Source: a virus. Taken from it: a stretch of DNA of 48,041 nucleotides. Below, one piece after another: positions 23,267-30,788 of the stretch. Both the position numbers and the translations under genes were made by a program. Each line of letters starts with the position of its first letter. Within the stretch, counting starts at the first letter, position 1. The stretch is from the IMG/VR virus record IMGVR_UViG_3300037483_000592. One strand, 5' to 3'. A model generated the notes under the pieces. That model was not told where the DNA came from and did no database searches. It was given only the letters and a program-made list of their open reading frames with translations.

Positions 23267-23890
23267 TCAAGGCGAGACGATCCGCTCCTGGCGCTTCTTC
23301 TTGATCTTGCCGCCGATCACGTAAATGACGGCCACGTTCTGCTGGATGCCCCCGCCGGCGCCGGCTGACTTCCGGGCCCCCAGCACATCGGCGTGCAGCT
23401 CCGTGGCCCGCATGCGCGTGGTGTTGTCCTCGACCTCGACAGTGTTCCGGATGGTGAGCACCTTATAGGATTCGCGCCCATCCTTGAGCCTCACCTTCTT
23501 TGTTTCGCTCTTCACGATCTCATGCAAGGTTTTCGCCTGGTATCGCTTGTCCAGCTCCTTGGCGAAGCGATCCTCGCCCAGGCCGTTAGCGATCAGCATT
23601 TCCTGCAGGTCTCGCCCGTGATCCCGCATGAAGCGCTCCACCAGGAGGCGGGCCTGCGTGCTCGCCGTTGACAGGAGCTGTTTGCGCTCCGGAAACACCC
23701 GCCGGTAGGCCCCGGCGTAGCTCATGCCCCCCACGCGCACCAAGCGGGTGAGTTCGCGCATCAGCTCGACAGGAGGCAGCTTGCCCCGGGGTATAGGTTT
23801 GTTTTGGCCCGGAGACTTCGCCGGCGCCTTCTCGCGGGGCTGTTTCTCGCGCTTTTGCGGCTTCTTCCTGATGGTTGCCAAGGCGGGCAC
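23267..23890 (-). CDS. Terminase small subunit candidate
   Basis: The protein is 207 aa with a basic N-terminus. It has an HTH-like segment (MSYAGAYRRVFPERK...TQARLLVERF) and lies upstream of terL. Confidence 0.5.
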   Translation of the reverse strand: MPALATIRKKPQKREKQPREKAPAKSPGQNKPIPRGKLPPVELMRELTRLVRVGGMSYAGAYRRVFPERKQLLSTASTQARLLVERFMRDHGRDLQEMLIANGLGEDRFAKELDKRYQAKTLHEIVKSETKKVRLKDGRESYKVLTIRNTVEVEDNTTRMRATELHADVLGARKSAGAGGGIQQNVAVIYVIGGKIKKKRQERIVSP

Positions 23891-23891
23891 G

Positions 23892-24245
23892 TCAACCCTT
23901 CGGCGTTACCCGCCGCGCCCTGGCGTTGTCCGCCCGCCTTCGGTTCATCAGGCTTATCAGTTGCCAGTCAGGATCCGGGTTTAGCAGGTAGTCGTCCAGC
24001 CAGGACTCCAGCTTGCCGGTATCCTTGCGCTTGACCTTGAACACGGGCTCTTTGCTCGATCCCATCGCCACGGGAATGCCCATGATGAAGCTGATCATCG
24101 TGATGCCCAGGCCCATTTCTCGGCCGATTTTCAGCCGCTTCAGGCCCGCGGAGGTGGCCAGGATGAACTCGAGCTCCTGCCCCTGCTCCGGCAAGCTGTG
24201 CTTTCGCCTGATGAAGTAGTCCATGAAGGACTGTCTACGAGGCAT
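23892..24245 (-). CDS. Small DNA-binding-like protein (HTH candidate)
   Basis: The protein is 117 aa from ATG 24245, with SD GAGGGAG. An alternative start is 24224. Confidence 0.5.
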   Translation of the reverse strand: MPRRQSFMDYFIRRKHSLPEQGQELEFILATSAGLKRLKIGREMGLGITMISFIMGIPVAMGSSKEPVFKVKRKDTGKLESWLDDYLLNPDPDWQLISLMNRRRADNARARRVTPKG

Positions 24246-24582
24246 CCCCGGCTCCCTCGGCCTTTTCCCGGGCCTCCCGCTCATGGATGGCATACTCGGC
24301 GAGCACGGCCACGCACACAGAACGGGTTCCGCAGGTTTCGCAGACGGTGAGCTCAGCGGGATCCATCAGGGGGGTGGTCATTTCCTCGTCGGGGCCCATG
24401 ACCCGGGCCAGGCCAGCATGTCCGCCCAGGAATCCGGCCAGGTGGTCCTGCCTCTGGATTGCATCCAGCTTCACGCCGTGGCGCTCGATCCTCACGATCC
24501 AGAACATCGGGAGGCCCGAGGCCCCGATCCTCTTGCCACAGACCAAGCAGGTGACGTGCTCGCGCAGCTCTAACTCTTTCAT
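24235..24582 (-). CDS. Zinc-ribbon-like protein
   Basis: The protein is 115 aa from ATG 24582, with an ATGA overlap. It has CLVC ... CETC cysteine pairs. Confidence 0.6.
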   Translation of the reverse strand: MKELELREHVTCLVCGKRIGASGLPMFWIVRIERHGVKLDAIQRQDHLAGFLGGHAGLARVMGPDEEMTTPLMDPAELTVCETCGTRSVCVAVLAEYAIHEREAREKAEGAGDAS

Positions 24583-24920
24583 GTTACCTCCGCCTTCGTG
24601 ATCGGTCCGGTCAGCTGCAGGTAGGCCTGCATGATCCGGTGGGTTTCCTCGAGCGAGAGCAGCCGAGGCGCTTTCAGCCCGCGGGGGCAGCGCAGCATCT
24701 TCTCTGCCGAGCATCCGAACAGGCGGCACATCATCGGTCTTTCATCATAGACCGTGCAGCCCTTCGAATCAAGGAATCGGCAGGTGAGCAGGTCCTGCTT
24801 GCGCTTCTTCGGCAACCTGGCCAGCTCCTCCAGCGCGAGGGGCACCGGGCCGCAGCAGTCGTGGCAGCCTGGCGCGCACTCCATCACGGGAACCTGAGAA
24901 CGCAGTTCCATGAGATCCAC
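24579..24920 (-). CDS. YkgJ-family CxxCxxCC metal-cluster protein
   Basis: The motif CAPGCHDCC lies near the N-terminus. In samples at 24781-24900 almost every codon ends in G/C. Confidence 0.65.
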   Translation of the reverse strand: MDLMELRSQVPVMECAPGCHDCCGPVPLALEELARLPKKRKQDLLTCRFLDSKGCTVYDERPMMCRLFGCSAEKMLRCPRGLKAPRLLSLEETHRIMQAYLQLTGPITKAEVT

Positions 24921-25140
24921 CGTCTGAACCCTCCTTTCCGAAATGCACCCGGGCGCAGGCCCGGCAGAATACCAGCAGGCAGAAGTAGCAGCGGTACGCT
25001 CTGGCCAGCAGAACCTTGCGGCCGCAGCCGGGGCACACCACCTCCGTGGGATCCTCGATCGTGTTCCGCACTTGGTCGGCGATCAGCTGCAGCAGCTCGA
25101 GCCGCTCTTGCTCGTTGTGGGGCGGCTCATGGACGTTCAC
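24769..25140 (-). CDS. Cross-brace-like zinc-finger protein; its 3' tail overlaps the next gene out of frame
   Basis: GTG 25140 has SD GGGGAGG. The cysteine pattern is CPGC-x11-CYFC-x4-CRAC-x2-H. In a hand sample the tail at 24781-24840 has poor third-position GC in this frame. Confidence 0.5.
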   Translation of the reverse strand: MNVHEPPHNEQERLELLQLIADQVRNTIEDPTEVVCPGCGRKVLLARAYRCYFCLLVFCRACARVHFGKEGSDGGSHGTAFSGSRDGVRARLPRLLRPGAPRAGGAGQVAEEAQAGPAHLPIP

Positions 25141-25228
25141 CGCTGCCTCCCCGAGAGCCCGTAGACCACCAGGGCCAGCAGCAGGTAGGAGGCGAGGAGC
25201 TCGCCGAGACGTAGCACCACGAGGCGGG

Positions 25229-25435
25229 TCACGGGCGGGACTCCACGGGCGACAAGGAGGCGGCTTGCCTTGATCGCCTGTCCATCCCCCGGTACTGCCT
25301 CTGCAACCCGTTGCGGCGCAAAGCGGAGTAGACGCGGGTTTCGGGGATGCCAAGCTCTGCCGCGATCTCCGCGCAGGTCAGCCGCTCGCCGTACCTGCGA
25401 AGCCGCACAATGCGATCATCGAGGATGTCGCTCAC
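25229..25435 (-). CDS. Small HTH regulator (sigma-70 region-4/LuxR-like helix-turn-helix)
   Basis: The protein is 68 aa and contains RLTCAEIAAELGIPETRVYSAL. Confidence 0.6.
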   Translation of the reverse strand: MSDILDDRIVRLRRYGERLTCAEIAAELGIPETRVYSALRRNGLQRQYRGMDRRSRQAASLSPVESRP

Positions 25436-25938
25436 TCCCGCGCTCCCTTCTCCCGGCTCGGGGCGGGCTCCGCTCCCGGTCGGGCGCCGGCCCAGTAGTC
25501 AGGACTATGCTTTGCGTATTCGGCGGCCCGCAGTTCGTCATAGAAAAGCGGTGTGTGTGCCCTGACCCGTGCCTCCATATTGCGCACCCGCACGCGACCC
25601 CGCGCCTCTGGCGACCACTGCACAGGAGGCTGCGCCGGGACCTGCCCCTGGAGAATTTGCCACCCGGACCCCAACATCTTCCCGCCAGTCTGCCGAAAAA
25701 CGAACCTCAGAAGTCGCCGTGGATCAGAGGTGGGATAACCCCTGTATGGCCCATGGGCGTAGTATCTACCGTGTGCCCGCTCCAACCGCTCCGCGAAAGC
25801 GAGCGCCTCCGCGACTCCCATCCTGATCTCCAGCCGAGGCGCATCGGGCTGCGCTTCCTGGGCATAGGTTGACAGGCACGCGATCCAATACACCTCTTTC
25901 CACGCTCCAGGCTTAGACCGCAGGATTCCCGCTAACAC
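25432..25938 (-). CDS. Hypothetical protein
   Basis: The protein is 168 aa. Third-position GC is high in the hand-sampled segment 25561-25620. Confidence 0.55.
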   Translation of the reverse strand: MLAGILRSKPGAWKEVYWIACLSTYAQEAQPDAPRLEIRMGVAEALAFAERLERAHGRYYAHGPYRGYPTSDPRRLLRFVFRQTGGKMLGSGWQILQGQVPAQPPVQWSPEARGRVRVRNMEARVRAHTPLFYDELRAAEYAKHSPDYWAGARPGAEPAPSREKGARE

Positions 25939-26438
25939 GGCGCCCGTCCCTCCTCTCCCGCCTTCGGGGCGGGCGGCACATCGGGGTAAAGGCGCAGGGC
26001 TTCGGCGTTCACGTATTCGCGTAGATCAGCTACAGCCCTTGGATCTGGTCCTTGGCCCACTTCGACTGGGTAGGCGATCCATCCCTCGGTGGCAAGGAAA
26101 CTCAAGCAGGCTACGAACGCCGCTCGTTCTGCGCTGCGCTCCCCGCCCTCCCCCGGCTCCCCGGCGAGGGCATCGGCGCGGGTGAGGGCCGTGCATGTCC
26201 TGCAATCACATCGCGCACGGTGCGTTCTTGGCGGCGCATACAGGCGCACCCAATACGCCAGCTCCCGCACCAGCCCCCGGAGGGCCGCAGCGTCGGGTTC
26301 AAGGTAACGCTCGATATAATAAATCGCTGCGGCAGTAGCGCAGCCAGCGCACAGCTTTTGCCCATGAGTCTTGTGAGGGCAACGGGGTTGCTGTCGTTTC
26401 ATCGCCTCTTCGATTCCGTTCTTGTCGCGCTCGTTCAT
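25932..26438 (-). CDS. Cys-rich hypothetical protein
   Basis: The protein is 168 aa from ATG 26438, with SD GGAAGGAGGAG and an ATGA overlap. The track ORF extends upstream spuriously. Confidence 0.6.
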   Translation of the reverse strand: MNERDKNGIEEAMKRQQPRCPHKTHGQKLCAGCATAAAIYYIERYLEPDAAALRGLVRELAYWVRLYAPPRTHRARCDCRTCTALTRADALAGEPGEGGERSAERAAFVACLSFLATEGWIAYPVEVGQGPDPRAVADLREYVNAEALRLYPDVPPAPKAGEEGRAPC

Positions 26439-27004
26439 TGCTCCTCCTTCCCGCCCGCCTGCGGTTCTTGGCTGGCCCAATTCTTTCCGCCAGCCTTGAA
26501 TATCTCGCAGTCCTCGCAATAATCGCCTATCGGTGTACCATGACTGCACATGCCCTCCCCTCCGCGCTCCTGCGGGGCCGAGACAGAGAGAAAAGGAAAA
26601 AGCAAGCAAAAGGCTTCTTTGTATAATTCGGTTTCTGCTATACCGGGTTGGTCGCATGGATCAACCTTTACATATTTCATAAGTACCGTTTCGAGTTCCC
26701 GCACCCGCGCTTCCGCCGCCTTCCGCCGCTGCTGCTCCGCTTGCGCCCGGGCCTCGGCTAGTTCTCTGGTTGCCTTTTCCTCAAGCCACCAGTTGCGATA
26801 TTGATCTGACCGCCAGGCTCGCTGCACGGCGACATCCAAGCGGTCGCGGAGTAAATCGGCCAGCGCCCTCATCGCGTCGGCCCGCTTCCGTTGAGCGATG
26901 CAGTCCTGCTGCACTTCGAGCAGCATGGAAGCCAGGGCATTCCGGCCCGCGATCCGGAGGCCCCTGCGGGCCAGCCATCGAGACCGCCAGGTGATCCTGC
27001 TCAT
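26435..27004 (-). CDS. Coiled-coil protein with C-terminal Cys cluster
   Basis: The protein is 189 aa from ATG 27004, with an ATGA overlap. The C-terminus contains CSHGTPIGDYCEDC. Confidence 0.6.
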   Translation of the reverse strand: MSRITWRSRWLARRGLRIAGRNALASMLLEVQQDCIAQRKRADAMRALADLLRDRLDVAVQRAWRSDQYRNWWLEEKATRELAEARAQAEQQRRKAAEARVRELETVLMKYVKVDPCDQPGIAETELYKEAFCLLFPFLSVSAPQERGGEGMCSHGTPIGDYCEDCEIFKAGGKNWASQEPQAGGKEEQ

Positions 27005-27240
27005 TGATACTCCTCCTCCACTTGCCCGCTTCCGCACCGCGGGCAGAAATCTGCCGGCTCCACGTCCTCGCCGGACCCATCGTCCTGGTAGTCGTGGCGC
27101 AGCCAGCGCACGGGCCCGGCCCAGCCGCACACGCTGCAGCTCACCGGCGCCCAATCAGTACAACGACCATGCCCTCCGCCGTGCTTTTGCTGCCAGGCCC
27201 ACAGGACCCGAGCAAGCAGCAGCCTCAGCCAGTTGGCCAC
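27001..27240 (-). CDS. Zinc-ribbon protein
   Basis: The protein is 79 aa with CSVC ... CPRC pairs. Confidence 0.6.
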   Translation of the reverse strand: MANWLRLLLARVLWAWQQKHGGGHGRCTDWAPVSCSVCGWAGPVRWLRHDYQDDGSGEDVEPADFCPRCGSGQVEEEYQ

Positions 27241-27863
27241 CGTGGAAACTCCTTCCGCCAGGGGCCGGTCCAGGGAAGGTTGTGCTTCATGTAGACTGGC
27301 ACCTTTGCCCGCAGCCAGGGCTCTATCCAGTCTGCCGACGGGATCACGCGGCCTGGCCGGTTTCCGCTCTCCGCAGCCAGAATCACCCAGTCTGTGAACG
27401 ACGTAGCCAGGAACGGCTCCGGATCCATCTTGGCCAGCATCGGCTCGTAGCTCCAGAACACAAGATTTCCTCGCGACTTGAGCGCCTGCACGTATTGATC
27501 CAGATCGCCGGGCCCGGTAACGGTCACGCCAAGCCAGCAGTTGCGCGGCAGCTGCAGGTTGTAGTAGACCTCCGGCTCCTTGGTGAGGAACAGGAAGGCG
27601 TGCTGCGGGTTGTTATCGATCCTGCCGAGCACGCGGTGCCACCAGTCCGGAGTCCAGAAGGCGATGTCGCTCATGCTGTTGACGAAGATCCGGGCCGGCT
27701 GCCGCGGCATGGCGCGGTTGAAGTTTCTCTCCCTCCAATGGGGCTCGAATGAGATCCCCCAGCGGTTGGCCGTCGCCCGGGCGTAGCAGTAGGGGCAACT
27801 GTTCCGGCAGCCCCAGGCAGGATTCCAGGTGTAATCGCACCAGTCGATCTTGGTCTTTTGCAT
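27225..27863 (-). CDS. Phage Gp37/Gp68 (DUF5131) family protein
   Basis: The N-terminus KIDWCDYTWNPAWGCRNSCPYCYA matches the family signature KIeW.d.TWNP..GC...C..CYA. Confidence 0.8.
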   Translation of the reverse strand: MQKTKIDWCDYTWNPAWGCRNSCPYCYARATANRWGISFEPHWRERNFNRAMPRQPARIFVNSMSDIAFWTPDWWHRVLGRIDNNPQHAFLFLTKEPEVYYNLQLPRNCWLGVTVTGPGDLDQYVQALKSRGNLVFWSYEPMLAKMDPEPFLATSFTDWVILAAESGNRPGRVIPSADWIEPWLRAKVPVYMKHNLPWTGPWRKEFPRWPTG

Positions 27864-28165
27864 CAGAGCTGGTCCAGGACCTGGCGCACGGCCTGCACCG
27901 CAGCCTGGTCGATCACTTCACGGATGATCCGCGGAACCTGGTTGTTGTCGTATTCCGCGGGAAGCTTCATGTTTTTCAGCAGCCATTCGTCGCTGTAGAC
28001 CCGGAAGCGAACCGTCCGCTTGCCGGTTGTCTTGCGGCGCATTTCGAACTCGCTCACATAGGCCGGCATCTGCGCCTTCGGCCGCAGCGGGTCATTGATG
28101 ATATGCAGCCCCAGGTCCGTGAACCTTGCGACGGCGAAAAACTTCTTTGCCTCTTTGGCGGTCAT
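27863..28165 (-). CDS. Hypothetical protein
   Basis: This is a 100-aa ORF joined to its neighbours by ATGA-type coupling. Confidence 0.6.
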   Translation of the reverse strand: MTAKEAKKFFAVARFTDLGLHIINDPLRPKAQMPAYVSEFEMRRKTTGKRTVRFRVYSDEWLLKNMKLPAEYDNNQVPRIIREVIDQAAVQAVRQVLDQL

Positions 28166-28257
28166 AGCTTCCTCGAAACGAAATAGAGAATTACGAATAT
28201 TAATACCCCGATGACTGTTCCGATTCCAACTCCGAGCAAGTAGTACGGACTAGGCAT
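28162..28257 (-). CDS. Hidden 31-aa hydrophobic membrane peptide
   Basis: The ORF is not in the track: MPSPYYLLGVGIGTVIGVLIFVILYFVSRKL. It starts 1 nt after the M15 peptidase stop and forms an ATGA overlap with the next gene. The segment is AT-rich. Confidence 0.45.
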   Translation of the reverse strand: MPSPYYLLGVGIGTVIGVLIFVILYFVSRKL

Positions 28258-28258
28258 T

Positions 28259-28708
28259 TCAAACCTCCTCCCTGAACTCATGGTGCGGCCAATCCCACTG
28301 CCAGGCCTGCCACTTCCCGGCGGCGCAGGCGTCCAGTCCGCACTCGCCTTCCGCGAGCTCGAACATGCGCAGCCAGATCTCCCGCGGCGCGGCCCACCAG
28401 ACGTTTCCCGCGGGAGACAGCGGAGCCACGTCGACGGCCAGGTTGAGGATGTGCTTGCTGTAGAGTGTTTCCGTGCTCCGCTTGGCAGCCTCCGCCTCGC
28501 TGATCTCCCACAGCCCGCAGCGCAGGAAGTACTCCCGCACCAGCCATGCCGGAGCTCGGCCGCGCGCGTAGTAGGCCATCTGCACCGACAGCTCTCGCTG
28601 CGTCTCCAGGATGATCGTCGGGATCCCGATCTCCCCGCATCGTCGCTGGTAGCGCCGGACCCCGGGCTGCATCCGCGGGTCCAGCAAAGCGATGTCCTTC
28701 AAGATCAT
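28259..28708 (-). CDS. Peptidase M15 (VanY/L-Ala-D-Glu peptidase-like) cell-wall hydrolase
   Basis: The protein is 149 aa from ATG 28708, with SD AAGGGGG. It carries the motifs YSKHILNLAVDVAP (S-x-H-x-x-x-A-x-D) and WDWPHHEF. Confidence 0.75.
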   Translation of the reverse strand: MILKDIALLDPRMQPGVRRYQRRCGEIGIPTIILETQRELSVQMAYYARGRAPAWLVREYFLRCGLWEISEAEAAKRSTETLYSKHILNLAVDVAPLSPAGNVWWAAPREIWLRMFELAEGECGLDACAAGKWQAWQWDWPHHEFREEV

Positions 28709-28724
28709 CTTCGCCCCCTTACGT

Positions 28725-29108
28725 TCATTGGATCCTCCGTCTAATCGGTGAGCCGAAGCCAACTCGGGACGCAGGGGTAGGCTCCGCTGTACCCAGCACC
28801 TCGGTAATTCTCCCGGCTTTCGCCACCGCGACCCTTGCCCTGCGCTCGAGCTCGCCTCTCGCTTCCCGCTCTTCCTTGAGCTGTGCTTCGATGCTCGCGA
28901 TGTAGGTGTCCCGCTCCTGGATCTCGCTGCGGTGTTCCTCCTTGTAGCGACTCAGAAAGTCGGCGTCCCAGTGTTTCTTGGCCTGCTTCTTCGCGCCTTT
29001 TACGAGCAGCAGGCTCCAGGCTCCCCCGGCAATGAATGCGATGATCAGAGGCAGCATGTCGAGCAGCTCTTTCCCCAACCTGCGCCATGTCCATGGGTCC
29101 ACGGTCAC
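28725..29108 (-). CDS. N-terminal TM plus coiled-coil protein (i-spanin-like or holin-like)
   Basis: The protein is 127 aa. It has a TM helix (LPLIIAFIAGGAWSLLLV) followed by a charged coiled coil. It lies directly upstream of the M15 peptidase. Confidence 0.55.
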   Translation of the reverse strand: MTVDPWTWRRLGKELLDMLPLIIAFIAGGAWSLLLVKGAKKQAKKHWDADFLSRYKEEHRSEIQERDTYIASIEAQLKEEREARGELERRARVAVAKAGRITEVLGTAEPTPASRVGFGSPIRRRIQ

Positions 29109-29422
29109 GAAATGATCCCGCCGTAGCGTCCGGAGGAGATCCCGAAGGGAGTCACCCCCTCAGCGCGCATCCAGCGCGGGTTGCCGAAGCCGCTGGCGCT
29201 GATCCTGCCCCCGCGATGCCCGAAACGGTAGTGCCGGAACCCTGGGCGTTTCCGCGTGGCCCGGCTTTTGGTGCGGTCCGCGTAGCGGTGCGCCATGACG
29301 GCCCGCAGATTGGCTTCGACCTCGGGCCGCGCCGGCCGGCCCTGCAGGTCCTCGTCGCGCCGGCCCTTGTGCCGGCTAAGCCTGGGGAACAGCTTGCGAA
29401 TCAACCGCATGATCCACCTCAC
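29105..29422 (-). CDS. Arg-rich basic hypothetical protein
   Basis: The protein is 105 aa; an alternative start is ATG 29410 with SD GAGGTGG. In the sample at 29161-29220, 18 of 20 codons end in G/C. Confidence 0.5.
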   Translation of the reverse strand: MRWIMRLIRKLFPRLSRHKGRRDEDLQGRPARPEVEANLRAVMAHRYADRTKSRATRKRPGFRHYRFGHRGGRISASGFGNPRWMRAEGVTPFGISSGRYGGIIS

Positions 29423-29774
29423 CTTTCGCTCCTTTCGTGGGGTCCCGCTGGTCCTCCGGCACGGCGCCGGGCATGGGGACCATCGTTGATCTCTTCGCCA
29501 TGGCCTCGGTCATGCGGCCGTACAGCCGCCAGACGCGCCGGCCCAGGCCCGGCCGGCTCTCCAGGAGGACCTCCAGGACGGCCAGGCGGGAAAGCCGCGT
29601 GCGCAGCCATTCATCCTGCTGCAGCTCCGCTTTCCGGATCTGCGTCTTGGAGAGCTGGAAGCCCTTCCGGATCCGGCCGCTCACCTTAGCCTGCGCCGTC
29701 ATGAGGCAGGTGCCGGCGATCTCGAAGTCCGCCTGCACCCGCTTCTTGGCTTCTCCGATCCAATCTTTCTTCAT
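29376..29774 (-). CDS. Hypothetical protein
   Basis: This is a 132-aa ORF. The N-terminal two thirds look protein-like. Confidence 0.5.
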   Translation of the reverse strand: MKKDWIGEAKKRVQADFEIAGTCLMTAQAKVSGRIRKGFQLSKTQIRKAELQQDEWLRTRLSRLAVLEVLLESRPGLGRRVWRLYGRMTEAMAKRSTMVPMPGAVPEDQRDPTKGAKGEVDHAVDSQAVPQA

Positions 29775-29808
29775 CGAGGGGTCTCCTTTTCGAGTAGCGT
29801 CTTTTCCA

Positions 29809-30435
29809 TCACCTACACCTCTTCTTGAATACCCAGAAGTAGGAATGCATCTTCCGGGCGTGATTCTGCCGCTCCATGTTCCAGGGGATCGGCCTCGTCT
29901 TGCTCACGAAAATGAAAAGGTCCTTCGCGCGCAGGCCGACGCGCTCCGCCTCTTCCATGGCCCAGACGTGGAAGAAGTAATTCTGCCGGCCCCAGATGAA
30001 ATCCTGGCATTTGAAAACCAGGATGCCGGCGGGCTTGAGCACGCGGGCCAGCTCGGCCAGGGCCCCGCGGCAGAGTGCCCATAGATCGCCCAGCTTCTGC
30101 AGGCCCCCGTATTTCTTCACGAAGATCGCTTTCGAGGCGCCCTCCTGGCCGTGGATCATCCAGGGCGGATCGAAGATCGCGGAGCCGATCGAGCTGCTCT
30201 CCAGGGGGAGCCGGCAGACATCAGCCTGCGGGATCTCCGGCCGCCGGGGCGCCAGGTCGAAGCAGAGCTGCGGCCTCGGGATCCCTGCGTGGCGATAGAA
30301 GCCGCCGGCGCCGTAGGTCGGATCCAGCTCGAAGCCGGAAGGACAGTACAGGCTCATGATGTTCATCAGGATCTCATGCTGGTCGAAGCAAACCGACTGG
30401 ATGATGCCGGCTTCGCGAATCAATATCCCGGTCAC
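29809..30435 (-). CDS. DNA methyltransferase (N6-adenine or N4-cytosine class)
   Basis: The protein is 208 aa. It has a SAM-binding motif (LDPTYGAGGF), the catalytic motif IV (FDPPW) and LKPAGILVF. Confidence 0.8.
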   Translation of the reverse strand: MTGILIREAGIIQSVCFDQHEILMNIMSLYCPSGFELDPTYGAGGFYRHAGIPRPQLCFDLAPRRPEIPQADVCRLPLESSSIGSAIFDPPWMIHGQEGASKAIFVKKYGGLQKLGDLWALCRGALAELARVLKPAGILVFKCQDFIWGRQNYFFHVWAMEEAERVGLRAKDLFIFVSKTRPIPWNMERQNHARKMHSYFWVFKKRCR

Positions 30436-30788
30436 GGCTTCACCTCATCGAATGCCTTCATGAACCGCTTGTGCTGTTCATTCTCGCAGCGGCTCGCCCA
30501 TTCCAGGTTCGAGGCGGCGTTGTTGAACGTGTTGCAATCGAAGTGGTTGACCTCATGCTGGCCGAGCTCTGGCGGGGGAAGGAAAGCCGCCGCGACCAGG
30601 CGATGGACGCGGGCGGCCTTTCGCTTGTTCCACCGCCACAGATCGACCTTGAGGTAGGTCCCATTGCGCTTGGGCACAATGTTCTGCGCTACAAGCCTCA
30701 CGATCCCGATCTTGATCACCCTGCGCACCCGGCCAAGGTTGCTGACCTCGTAGGGGTAATGGTCGATGGGGCGCCATTCCTCGGTCAA
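30432..30788 (-). CDS. HNH homing endonuclease with NUMOD4 motif
   Basis: WRPIDHYPYEVSNLGRVRR is the NUMOD4 motif. VHRLVAAAF...VNHFDCNTFNNAASNLEWASRCENEQH is the HNH_3 motif. Confidence 0.85.
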   Translation of the reverse strand: MTEEWRPIDHYPYEVSNLGRVRRVIKIGIVRLVAQNIVPKRNGTYLKVDLWRWNKRKAARVHRLVAAAFLPPPELGQHEVNHFDCNTFNNAASNLEWASRCENEQHKRFMKAFDEVKP

